This document shows positions 1 through 8,596 of a stretch of 59,673 bases of DNA, piece after piece. The stretch is taken from contig JBDGQO010000030.1 of NCBI GenBank assembly GCA_042219045.1, positions 1 to 59,673 of the forward strand, read 5' to 3'. The notes under the pieces are model-generated. The model was given only the letters and a program-made list of their open reading frames with translations, was not told the DNA's origin and did no database searches. Source of the stretch: Candidatus Bipolaricaulia bacterium. GTDB taxonomy: Bacteria; Bipolaricaulota; Bipolaricaulia; RBG-16-55-9. Every line of letters starts with the position of its first letter. The first letter of the stretch is position 1. The translations under genes were made by a program, and so were the position numbers.

Positions 1-7
1 GCTTCAT
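1..7 (-). CDS. 5' end of an unknown gene running off the left edge
   Basis: Minus-strand ATG at 7-5 with AGGAGG (plus CCTCCT 18-23) upstream and a promoter at 159-130. Confidence 0.5.
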
Positions 8-129
8 CTTACAGTGACCTCCTTTGGCCTGTATTTGGGGAGTGCTTTTTAGGGCCTGAATTCGTCTTATGCCGTAAAACTTCGTCTAGCTGGGAGATCA
101 CCTCCCTCACAAAGCGGGATTTCTCACAA

Positions 130-159
130 AGGCTAGCATAGCCTGGACTTGCCTGTCAA
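130..159 (-). promoter_or_regulatory. sigma70-type promoter for leftward gene
   Basis: Minus strand TTGACA-N18-TAGCCT with TGn extension. Confidence 0.55.
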
Positions 160-279
160 GAGAGTTGTTCGGTGATGTGCTTCCGTCCAACAGGTAAAGT
201 TGTCGTATATGGCTTGGCAATATCGCTGGCGCTGTCAGAGTCTGAACGTACGGCGATATGATCATGAACAAGTTCTGTC

Positions 280-309
280 TTGACAGGCTGGCTCAATGGC
301 GACTATGAT
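280..309 (+). promoter_or_regulatory. sigma70-type promoter of oligopeptide ABC operon
   Basis: TTGACA(280-285)-N18-TATGAT(304-309). Confidence 0.65.
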
Positions 310-502
310 CCCAGCAAGAACACACGTTCAATAGGGCGCTGTTGGAGCACGCGTGCCCTTTTGAAAAAGGGGCAAACCTTCGGCGCGCCAGGTCGCGAAA
401 GGGGGGATGGGTAGCGATAAAGGGTAAAGCAAAAATCAACAAGACCAAACGTCAACGCACAATCCCAATAGAAAGCATATTACAAGGAGGTCAAAGATTT
501 CC

Positions 503-2650
503 ATGCGACAGTTAGCAGCTTCGCTATCTGCCCTTACGCTTCTGATCGGCCTCGTCGGGCTGATCGGCCTGCCGGCGGCTGCTCAACCGCCAGCCAATCC
601 CGACGTCGAGCTCAAATGCGGCAATGAAGAGACTCAAGCGGTTTGTGCCAAAAAGAAGGGTGGCACGTACACCTACGACATTATCTCCAAACCGTCGACG
701 CTTAACCCCGTGACGACCCAGGACACCGCCTCCGACTCCATCCACGACCACATCTTCGGCACGTTCTTCACCGACTATTCCCTGCTCGGCGACGGCGTGG
801 ATGACCCGCAAGCGGCCGAGATGCTCCAGATCAACGAGGCCGGCAACATGCTGACGGCTCGGCTGCGCGAGGGCCTGAAGTTCTCCGACGGCTCCTCGGT
901 GACGACCTCGGACGTGCAATACTGGTACTACAACGTCATCTGGAACCCGAATCTGTCCAACTCCCTGACGGACGTTTTCACGTGCCCGTCCGGCCAAGCT
1001 TACCAATTTAAGCCGATCAGCGACCGGGAGTTCCGATTCGGTTGCCCGGACAGCGAGCCGTTCCGCACGTTCCCCGACGATGCCACTGGCCTCTACGTGC
1101 TCTCGCAGCAGATGGCGTTGGACTTGATCGAAAGTCAGGGCATTAGCACCAACCCCGCGATTGCCCCAGGTCCGAACGGCGTGCTCGACTCCTCCACCTC
1201 CGGCGACGACAAGAACCGGAAGGGCGCCGTCATCGTCCCGGGCAAGAACGGCACGCTCGACAGCTCGGCTTCCGGCGACGACGTCATGATCGAGCACGCG
1301 GCCAAGGAGTTCTTGGGCATCGGCGTGGACATCAGCCTGCTGCGCGGCCTGGGTCCCTACGTCATGACGGACTTCGCCTCCAGCAGCAGCGCGAGCTACG
1401 AGCGCAACCCGAACTTCTACGAGGTCGACTCCAACGGCAAGCAGCTTCCCTATCTCGACGGCATGCAGGTGCTGATTGTCGACAACCAGAACGTCAGCCT
1501 GTCCAACTTCATCGACGGCACGACCGACGTCCTTGCGCCGCGGCCGCAGGACCTGTCGGTGCTGCGCAGTGAGCAGGCCTCAGGCGGCTTCCCGCTGAAC
1601 GATGACATCGACAACGCCACAGCAGCGGGTGGCGAAACCTTTGTCTCGCCGAACTTCGGCGACACCAACAAGAACTTGGCGGCCGCTGCGCGCAACACGA
1701 AGGTCCGCCGGGCGCTCTCGCTCGCCATTGACCGCGTGGCGCTAGTCAACAACGTGCTGCTCGGCATCGGCACGCCGCAATACACGCCGGTCACTCTCGG
1801 TGAGCAGGACTTCTTCCTCGGCCGGAACAACACCTGCCAGACCCTCATTGACGCCGGATTGGCCACGAGCGACAACTGCTCTGACGGCACCTGGACGGTC
1901 CGCAACGGCCTCGAAGTGAATGTCTCACAGCTTCCGGCCCCGACCACGCCGGAGATCCGGCAACACCTCTCGTGCCTTACGGACTATCAGAGCTGCCTCG
2001 AGCAGGCGCGAAGCCTGTTGGATGAGGCCGGCGTTACCGACACCAACGGCGACGGCGTCCGAGAGATCCCGGCCAACTTCTCCGACGCGATCGACAATCC
2101 AGGTGGACCGTTCGAGACCCAAATCAACACGAACGCGGGCAACACGGTCCGAGAGCAATACACCCGAATTGTCGCCGACGGCTGGAGCCGCATCGGCATT
2201 GACGCCCAAGCCGGTACGGTCTCCTTCCCCACGCTGGTCGACCAGCTGCTCAGCGGAAAATGGAGCGGCCACATCCTGATCGGCCTGACTGGCGGCGATC
2301 CGGCCGGTGGCGTCAACGTCTGGCCCTGTGGCACGGCGCTGCACTTGTGGCACGTCAACTGCAACCCCGAAAAGAGCGAGGGCCCGGCGGCTCCGACGAA
2401 GGCGGACTCGGCCATTGACAGCGCCTGGACCCAGGGCTTCAATGCCGCCAACTTGGAAGGCGCCCAAAAGGCCTTCGACAAGTTCCAGACGGCGTTCATG
2501 AAGTATGAGCCGCTTATGCACCTCGCCGTCCAGAACGCCCTGTTCGCGGTCCGTACGGATCGGCTCTGCAACGCTCAGCGGAGCATCGACGGCGGCGGCG
2601 ACATCAAGTTCCGCGTCGACATCAGCGGCCAGACCGAGTGCCCGAGGTAA
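503..2650 (+). CDS. oppA: ABC transporter substrate-binding protein, family 5 (OppA/DppA-like) with insertions
   Basis: Signal peptide; GGTYT..P.TLNP, LREGLKFSDG, GLGPY, YERNPNFY, RRALSLAIDR motifs; AAGGAGG RBS; followed by two permeases. Confidence 0.9.
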   Translation: MRQLAASLSALTLLIGLVGLIGLPAAAQPPANPDVELKCGNEETQAVCAKKKGGTYTYDIISKPSTLNPVTTQDTASDSIHDHIFGTFFTDYSLLGDGVDDPQAAEMLQINEAGNMLTARLREGLKFSDGSSVTTSDVQYWYYNVIWNPNLSNSLTDVFTCPSGQAYQFKPISDREFRFGCPDSEPFRTFPDDATGLYVLSQQMALDLIESQGISTNPAIAPGPNGVLDSSTSGDDKNRKGAVIVPGKNGTLDSSASGDDVMIEHAAKEFLGIGVDISLLRGLGPYVMTDFASSSSASYERNPNFYEVDSNGKQLPYLDGMQVLIVDNQNVSLSNFIDGTTDVLAPRPQDLSVLRSEQASGGFPLNDDIDNATAAGGETFVSPNFGDTNKNLAAAARNTKVRRALSLAIDRVALVNNVLLGIGTPQYTPVTLGEQDFFLGRNNTCQTLIDAGLATSDNCSDGTWTVRNGLEVNVSQLPAPTTPEIRQHLSCLTDYQSCLEQARSLLDEAGVTDTNGDGVREIPANFSDAIDNPGGPFETQINTNAGNTVREQYTRIVADGWSRIGIDAQAGTVSFPTLVDQLLSGKWSGHILIGLTGGDPAGGVNVWPCGTALHLWHVNCNPEKSEGPAAPTKADSAIDSAWTQGFNAANLEGAQKAFDKFQTAFMKYEPLMHLAVQNALFAVRTDRLCNAQRSIDGGGDIKFRVDISGQTECPR

Positions 2651-2665
2651 CGTTACGTTAACCAG

Positions 2666-2751
2666 CAGCTAGGCCGAAAGGCCTAAGCTGGAGTGATCAC
2701 AACGGAAAACATGGGGAGCATGACCTGTTCAACGGTCATGCTCCCCATTTT
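2666..2751 (+). terminator. Two stem-loops after oppA (attenuating terminator / mRNA stabiliser)
   Basis: CAGCTAGGCC-GAAA-GGCCTAAGCTG and perfect 15-bp IR ATGGGGAGCATGACC(2711-2725)/GGTCATGCTCCCCAT(2734-2748) followed by Ts. Confidence 0.7.
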
Positions 2752-2862
2752 CCACGCTCGCATACCCACATTCCAGTGGCTACGGTTGTTGGCAGCACGG
2801 GCAAGTTGCGCAGTCCAACGGCGGCAGTTAGCATTGAGCCTCTACCGATGAGGTAACCGATC

Positions 2863-3876
2863 ATGCTTGGCTTCATTATTCGCCGCGTGCTCTACATGAT
2901 CCCGCTCCTTTTCGTGGTTACCCTCATCATCTTCCTGCTGATGCAGCTCATGCCCGGAGACGCGGTCACGGCGTATTGCGGCCTCGGTTGCGATGAAGAC
3001 CGACGCGCCGAATTGCGCGAGCAGTACGGCCTCGACGAACCGCTCCCCGTGCAATACGTCAATTGGGCCAAAGGGATCATTTGTCTCAGTGAAGCGCCGC
3101 GCTGCCCCGACTTCGGCTATTCAGTTCAAACGCAACAAGGGGCTTGGCAAGCCTTAACGGGCGGCGGCCGACTGGGCTGGACAATCCGATTGGTGGCCGT
3201 CAGCATGATCTTTAGCTGGTTGATCGCGGTTCCCTTGGGAATTTACTCGGCAACGCATAAGTATTCCCTCGGCGATCATTTTGCCACGCTTTTTGGGTTC
3301 ATCGGCTTGTCCGTGCCCAATTTCGTGCTTGGCCTGTTATTTCTCTACATTGTCGTCGGCTGGCTCGGGCTACATAATGTGGACGAGTTCTTCCGAGTGA
3401 CCGGATACATCAACGCGGACCTGATCGGTCAGCCGCTAACGTGGTATAAGCTGGCCAACTACATCTGGCACTTCATCCCGCCCGTGCTGATTCTGGCCGC
3501 GGCCAACATCGCGGCCATCATGCGCTACATGCGGGGAAGCTTGTTGGACGTGCTGGGCTCCGACTACGTGCAAACCGCTCGCTCCAAAGGGCTCCTCGAA
3601 CGAACCGTCGTCTGGAAGCATGCCGTGCGGAATGCGATCAACCCGCTGATCACGATGCTCGGCTATTGGCTTCCCTACATGTTAGAGGGGGCGTTGGTCA
3701 TCGCGATCGTGTTCAACTTGCCCCAAGTCGAAAAGACGTTCATCAGCGCCCTCAGCGATCGAGATTACGCGGTCGTGATGAGCGGCCTGTTTCTGTTCAG
3801 CGTGATCCTCATGGTCGGCAACCTTATCTCCGACATCCTACTGGCGGTATCGGACCCCAAGATTCGCTATGAGTGA
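2863..3876 (+). CDS. oppB: Oligopeptide ABC permease OppB/DppB
   Basis: MLGFIIRR..PGD N-terminus, YGLDEPLPVQY, DYVQTARSKGL EAA loop, KHAVRNA, DPKIRY end. Confidence 0.93.
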   Translation: MLGFIIRRVLYMIPLLFVVTLIIFLLMQLMPGDAVTAYCGLGCDEDRRAELREQYGLDEPLPVQYVNWAKGIICLSEAPRCPDFGYSVQTQQGAWQALTGGGRLGWTIRLVAVSMIFSWLIAVPLGIYSATHKYSLGDHFATLFGFIGLSVPNFVLGLLFLYIVVGWLGLHNVDEFFRVTGYINADLIGQPLTWYKLANYIWHFIPPVLILAAANIAAIMRYMRGSLLDVLGSDYVQTARSKGLLERTVVWKHAVRNAINPLITMLGYWLPYMLEGALVIAIVFNLPQVEKTFISALSDRDYAVVMSGLFLFSVILMVGNLISDILLAVSDPKIRYE

Positions 3877-5119
3877 TACGACACCGGGATCTGGGACTCC
3901 CACACCGCCGAACGACGCCGAGTCGACCGTTTCGCCCACGTCGATGGGGGGAAGCTGGGCCGACGCCAAGGCGCAGCAAGAGCGCTCCATGGCGCGCATG
4001 ATCTGGAATCGCTTCACCGAGCATAAGCTCGGTGTCACCGGGGCCATTATCATCGTGGTCTTGCTCTTCCTCTTCATCTTTGCCGAGTTCTTCAGTCCCT
4101 ACGACTATCAGCGCACGCACTATCAGTACGCCTACGTCCCCCCCATGCTCACCCGCATCCATTTCGACGATTTCCGGCCTTTCGTCTACGGCTTAAAGAG
4201 GGAACCCAAAACGGTTGAAATCAACGGACAAACGACTCGGCTACCCGGCGTCTGGGACTACCAAGAGGACAAGTCCAAGAAATATTACATCCACTTCTTC
4301 GTCAAGGGATCAGAGTACAAGCTGCTCGGCTTGATCCCGTGGGACGTCCACTTGTTCGGCGTCAACACGTCGCGACGATCGGCGGGCCAGCTGTTCTTGC
4401 TCGGCACGAACGCCAACGGCAAGGACGTCTTGTCCCGTATTCTGTTTGCCGGACGAGTCACGCTCGGCATCGCTCCCGGTGTGGTGTTGATCAGCTTCCT
4501 CCTTGGCACCCTACTCGGTGGGATTTCCGGATTCTTTGGTGGCGCAATTGACACGTTCATGCAACGAATCACGGAAATCTTCATGTCATTGCCACGCTTG
4601 GCGCTATTGCTCGTCCTGATGATATTTTTAAATTCTGCGGGCACAATACCCGCTATTTATCGCGTCTATGCGATCATCGGCATCATGGCGATCGTCAACT
4701 GGGCGCTGATAGCGCGAGTTGTGCGGGGTCAGTTCCTGACACTACGCGAATCCGAATACACGCAAGCCGCTCGCGCGGTCGGCGCCAACAACATGCGCAT
4801 CATTACGCGCCACATCATGCCGAATATCACGAGCTATCTCGTCGTGGCGGCCACACTGGCCGTGCCGGATATTGTCATTTTGGAAAGCATCCTCAGCTTC
4901 CTTAACTTCGGCATCCAGCACCCCTTGGTCAGTTGGGGGTCGCTGTTGTCGACCTTTACCCAACAGGGCATCTATCAGCAAATGCAATTCTATCCATGGA
5001 TGATCTTGCCGGCTGCCTTCATCGTGCTCACCGTGCTCGCGTTCAACTTCCTCGGCGACGCCCTGCGCGACGCGGTCGATCCCTACTCGGTCGTTTCCAC
5101 CGAAGGCGACGACGAATAA
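3869..5119 (+). CDS. oppC: Oligopeptide ABC permease OppC/DppC
   Basis: LLGTNANGKDVLSR, EYTQAARAVGA, RHIMPN, FNFLGDALRDAVDP. Confidence 0.93.
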   Translation: MSDTTPGSGTPTPPNDAESTVSPTSMGGSWADAKAQQERSMARMIWNRFTEHKLGVTGAIIIVVLLFLFIFAEFFSPYDYQRTHYQYAYVPPMLTRIHFDDFRPFVYGLKREPKTVEINGQTTRLPGVWDYQEDKSKKYYIHFFVKGSEYKLLGLIPWDVHLFGVNTSRRSAGQLFLLGTNANGKDVLSRILFAGRVTLGIAPGVVLISFLLGTLLGGISGFFGGAIDTFMQRITEIFMSLPRLALLLVLMIFLNSAGTIPAIYRVYAIIGIMAIVNWALIARVVRGQFLTLRESEYTQAARAVGANNMRIITRHIMPNITSYLVVAATLAVPDIVILESILSFLNFGIQHPLVSWGSLLSTFTQQGIYQQMQFYPWMILPAAFIVLTVLAFNFLGDALRDAVDPYSVVSTEGDDE

Positions 5120-5311
5120 GGCAAATCGCGTTTAACGGCGGATACTCCTAGCTGATCGAAATAGTCGTTCGAGTGAAGAGCGGGGCCCACCAACCTGTCA
5201 GCAGAACAAATACGTTGCTGACGGTCAACAGCCACCTCGAGTTTGTCAGAAAGAGCTCATGCCCAAAGCGGTTCTCCGACGTGGTGCCGACCGCACCTAT
5301 CGATGCAATCG

Positions 5312-7750
5312 TCAGGGCTCTGCCGAAGGGCGCGTATCGATGTGGATCACGTCGCCGCAAACAACGACATCCCGCCCAGCTGGCACCTCAAACTCCACAA
5401 CTCGATCGTCGGGGAGCTTGACCTCGACGGTCGCGGCGGCGTCGCTCACGTTGCGATAGTGGACGCAGCCGTCCTTAACCGTGCGGTTCCACGCCGTGGC
5501 GGGACGGAAGGACAACTCCTCAAAGACAAGCGCGACGAGCCCGCGGCTCCGTTCCTGAGCCTGAATCTGGACGGTATCCGTGGCGGAGGCCCCGTCCGGA
5601 TCGGTCACCGTCAACCGGACGACGTAGGTGCCCGGCAGATCAGGCTGGAGCGACGGTTGCGCCGTCGTCGCCCTCTGGATCTCCGCGGTGCTGCTTTGAG
5701 GTCGGTCCGTCAGCGTCCACTCGTAGCTGAGCGCAGCACCCTCAGGATCGCTCGATCCCGAGCCATCCAACTGGACGGTATCGCCGACGGCGACGGTCCG
5801 GTCCGGCCCTGCGTCGGCGGTGGGCGATGAGTTCGGGGCTTCGGCGGTTGTGGCACAGATGGTCTTTGAGGCCGCCGATCTTCCCGTGTCGTTGAACGCG
5901 CGCACGACGTAGCAATACGTCGTCGCTGGGGAGAGATCCCCGTCGGTGTAGGTGGTCGTGTCCGCGTCCAGCCGGGCGATCTCCGCGAACTTGGTCTCGT
6001 CTTGGATCTGGCGGAACAGGACGAAGCCGTTTTCACGTTCCGCGTTGTCCTGCCACCGCAGGTTGATCTCGGACGGGCCCGCGGCGGAGGCATTCAGGCC
6101 CGAGGGGGCCGTCGGTGCCCGTTCCTCGGGAGCTTGTCCCAATGTCAACAGCCCTGCGCCGAATTTTCCGTCCTCTCCCGGTTTGCCCAAATCCTCCGCC
6201 CGCTTGGTCAGAAAGTCCTCGATCTCCTGGGGGCTAAATTTGGGGAACGCGGAATTGACCAGCGCTGCCGCACCGGCCACGTGCGGGCTGGATGCCGACG
6301 TGCCGAAGAACGGCCGGAAGGTGCGATTGCTCACGCCGTTGGGCGCGACGATCTCCGGCTTGATGCGCCCGTCGGGCGTGGGCCCGCGCGAGCTAAAGGG
6401 TTCCAGCTGGTTCTCGAGATCCGTCGCGCCGACGCTGACCACGTGCGACGACATTTCGGGTTCGCTCAGCCCCGCACTGCCGGCTGGCACTACGTGCTCC
6501 GGCTCCTGACTGAAAACGAGCAGGCTGAGCTCGTTGTCGCCGGGCTCCACGCCCTTGACCTTAAGCTGATACGTTCCGCTCTCGGGGGCTTCCACGCTGA
6601 TGATCTCCAAGGGCCATCCGTCCGTCGGGCCGCCGCGGAAGCTCCGCTCGATCTCTTCCTCGCCCTGGCGGAGCACCATGTCGTAGTCGTGCTCGGCCCC
6701 GCTGCAGGCGTCGTCCCACCACATCAGCGCGACGATGCCGTCGCCTTCCTCGACGCCGCGCAACGTCTGGCTCTCGTCCTCCTCGTGGAAGCGGGTGAAG
6801 CCGTCCTCATCGGGGTCGCGGAACGATCCTGCCCAATGCGACTGCCCTCCATTGCCCGAGGAGGCGACCCACACGATCCCATTCTCCCGGGCCCGTTTGA
6901 AGATCGAATCCAGGATGCCCTCTCCTTCGTACGGGCAGGACGTGGTCAAAAACCCGAACGAGGTGTTGATGACGTCGACGCCGTTGTCAATCATCCAGTT
7001 GACGGCCGATTCCATCTCGACGCCGGTGTTGAAGTTGGCCAGGTACAGCTCGGCGCCGGGAGCGATGTCGTGGATGATCTCGGCCACGGCGCGACCGTGC
7101 ACCTGGCCGGCATCGCTGCAGTCGGCGCATGCGAGGTCGCCATCCGAACGGAACGAGCGCGCCGTGACTCGTTGCTCCGGCGGCAGTTCCGAACCGAGCA
7201 GTCCCTCGTAACCCTTAAAGCCCGCATCGAGCACGCCGACCTTGACGCCGCTGCCGTCAACGCCGTCCTCTTGCCAGGCTTGCGCTTGGGAGATGTCCAC
7301 GCCCTCGCTTACGATCGCCCCCTGTCGCAACGTGGGGCGCACCGGCGCGCGCACCCGTGCGACGTCAGCGCGCTGCGACAGCTCGGCCACCGCATCCCGG
7401 GATGGGAAGGTCGCCTGGATCTTGCTCCCCACGGTGAGCTGAACCTCACCGCCCGCGTCGGCAATCGACGAGCGTAGATCGCCCACTTTTTCGGCCTGAG
7501 CCGCTTTCACGATCACGCGAATGCGCCCGCTCTCGTCGTCGGTCGCGTACGGCCAGGGCACGTCCGTTGCGGACGGTTCCGTCATCGGGGCCGCAGTCTG
7601 GAGAATGCTGTCGAGAGCGCCGTCCAATTGGGTTGACGGCGTGGAAGAAGATGTAAGCTGCTCGGCCTGAGCGGCCCATCCGACGGACAGCCAGGCAGCC
7701 AGTACCAGTGGGATCAGGAGCGCGAGGGCGCGCGCGGTCAGACGGAGCAT
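5312..7750 (-). CDS. Secreted S8 (subtilisin-like) serine peptidase with FN3 and PKD-like domains
   Basis: Triad motifs VGVLDAG, HGRAVAE, GTSASSPHVAGAA; FN3 (LRWQDNA..Y.YVVRAFN); PKD/K319L-like (ADAGPD..LDGSGSSDPEG..Y.W); start moved to ATG 7750 with AGGAGG RBS and signal peptide. Confidence 0.9.
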   Translation of the reverse strand: MLRLTARALALLIPLVLAAWLSVGWAAQAEQLTSSSTPSTQLDGALDSILQTAAPMTEPSATDVPWPYATDDESGRIRVIVKAAQAEKVGDLRSSIADAGGEVQLTVGSKIQATFPSRDAVAELSQRADVARVRAPVRPTLRQGAIVSEGVDISQAQAWQEDGVDGSGVKVGVLDAGFKGYEGLLGSELPPEQRVTARSFRSDGDLACADCSDAGQVHGRAVAEIIHDIAPGAELYLANFNTGVEMESAVNWMIDNGVDVINTSFGFLTTSCPYEGEGILDSIFKRARENGIVWVASSGNGGQSHWAGSFRDPDEDGFTRFHEEDESQTLRGVEEGDGIVALMWWDDACSGAEHDYDMVLRQGEEEIERSFRGGPTDGWPLEIISVEAPESGTYQLKVKGVEPGDNELSLLVFSQEPEHVVPAGSAGLSEPEMSSHVVSVGATDLENQLEPFSSRGPTPDGRIKPEIVAPNGVSNRTFRPFFGTSASSPHVAGAAALVNSAFPKFSPQEIEDFLTKRAEDLGKPGEDGKFGAGLLTLGQAPEERAPTAPSGLNASAAGPSEINLRWQDNAERENGFVLFRQIQDETKFAEIARLDADTTTYTDGDLSPATTYCYVVRAFNDTGRSAASKTICATTAEAPNSSPTADAGPDRTVAVGDTVQLDGSGSSDPEGAALSYEWTLTDRPQSSTAEIQRATTAQPSLQPDLPGTYVVRLTVTDPDGASATDTVQIQAQERSRGLVALVFEELSFRPATAWNRTVKDGCVHYRNVSDAAATVEVKLPDDRVVEFEVPAGRDVVVCGDVIHIDTRPSAEP

Positions 7751-7880
7751 GGGACGACCTCCTCGATCAAATTTAACGGCAGGAAGCGTACCAACATTTG
7801 GCAACCCCAACAACACGCGAAGGATGGTGCCTCGTCAGAGCATGGCAGACCTATGCTATGGTGGGTTTGTCTGAGGGGTT

Positions 7881-8402
7881 ATGGTGACAGAGTTTTTCGA
7901 GCGGAACGAATGGAACCAATTTATCCAGGACTTGGAAAGGTCGCGGCCTGATCGAGCCTATCAGCACCATCCGGCTCGATCGCAACTTGTCGAGTACGTA
8001 TCGGCGGTCACTGTCGATACGCCTGAGGTTGAGACGTTGGCAGAGGCCCCCGACGGCGATCTGCATGCATGGCTCGAGGGCGCATCTGGCTGGTCCGCTT
8101 CGGCGGTGTCGCTGCACGTCCTGACGTGCAGCATCTGTCGCCGACGGGTCGAGTTGATCCGCCAGGAGCAGTTGGCCCCATCCAACGAGGTGTCGGCGTC
8201 GTCATGGTGGCAGCCGATCCTCGACGCCGTGAGCAAAGCACTCGCCGCGCCTGGTCTGCGCCGTGTCGCCACCGGCGGCGCCATCGGCATCGTCTTTTTG
8301 TCCCTTGCATTCGGCTTGATGCCGAGCAGCCCAACCGACAGCGACAACAATCCCCCAGTGCCGGTGGAGCGACACGAACCCCGTGGGGGCGGCATCGGCT
8401 GA
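7881..8402 (+). CDS. Membrane protein with ZAS-like zinc motif (anti-sigma-factor-like)
   Basis: HP..L..Y then HVLTCSIC (HxxxCxxC), C-terminal hydrophobic helix. Confidence 0.6.
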   Translation: MVTEFFERNEWNQFIQDLERSRPDRAYQHHPARSQLVEYVSAVTVDTPEVETLAEAPDGDLHAWLEGASGWSASAVSLHVLTCSICRRRVELIRQEQLAPSNEVSASSWWQPILDAVSKALAAPGLRRVATGGAIGIVFLSLAFGLMPSSPTDSDNNPPVPVERHEPRGGGIG

Positions 8403-8409
8403 AGATCTG

Positions 8410-8439
8410 TTGACACGATCGACGCGCCCGGGCTAACAT
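8410..8439 (+). promoter_or_regulatory. sigma70-type promoter upstream of proC leader
   Basis: TTGACA(8410-8415)-N18-TAACAT(8434-8439). Confidence 0.7.
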
Positions 8440-8445
8440 ACAGAC

Positions 8446-8532
8446 ATGAAACGGCAAATGGGCCAGTCCATCTGTTTGCTTCCCGCTTTCCCGCCGTTCC
8501 CCTTCGGGGGAACGTTGGATCGGCCTTCCTGA
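8446..8532 (+). CDS. Putative leaderless proline-rich leader peptide MKRQMGQSICLLPAFPPFPFGGTLDRPS
   Basis: ATG 6 nt after the -10 box; 28 codons with PAFPPFP cluster; ends 64 nt before proC. Confidence 0.5.
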   Translation: MKRQMGQSICLLPAFPPFPFGGTLDRPS

Positions 8533-8596
8533 TCTCCGCGACTTTTCGGGCCAAATCAGCTCAACAAGGAATTACGAACGTCGAAGGAGGCATCCC

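Noticed and set aside
96..107. GATCACCTCC, identical to the 16S rRNA 3' end
   Set aside because: No other rRNA sequence around it; better read as a minus-strand SD.
369..416. c-di-GMP-I (GEMM) riboswitch-like words GGGCAAACC ... GGTAGCG
   Set aside because: The GNRA-capped P2, GACGCAAAG junction and P3 receptor are not properly present; needs an Rfam hit.
5148..5311. Small hydrophobic minus-strand ORF between oppC and the protease
   Set aside because: No credible start or SD; the region holds an inverted repeat more consistent with a terminator.
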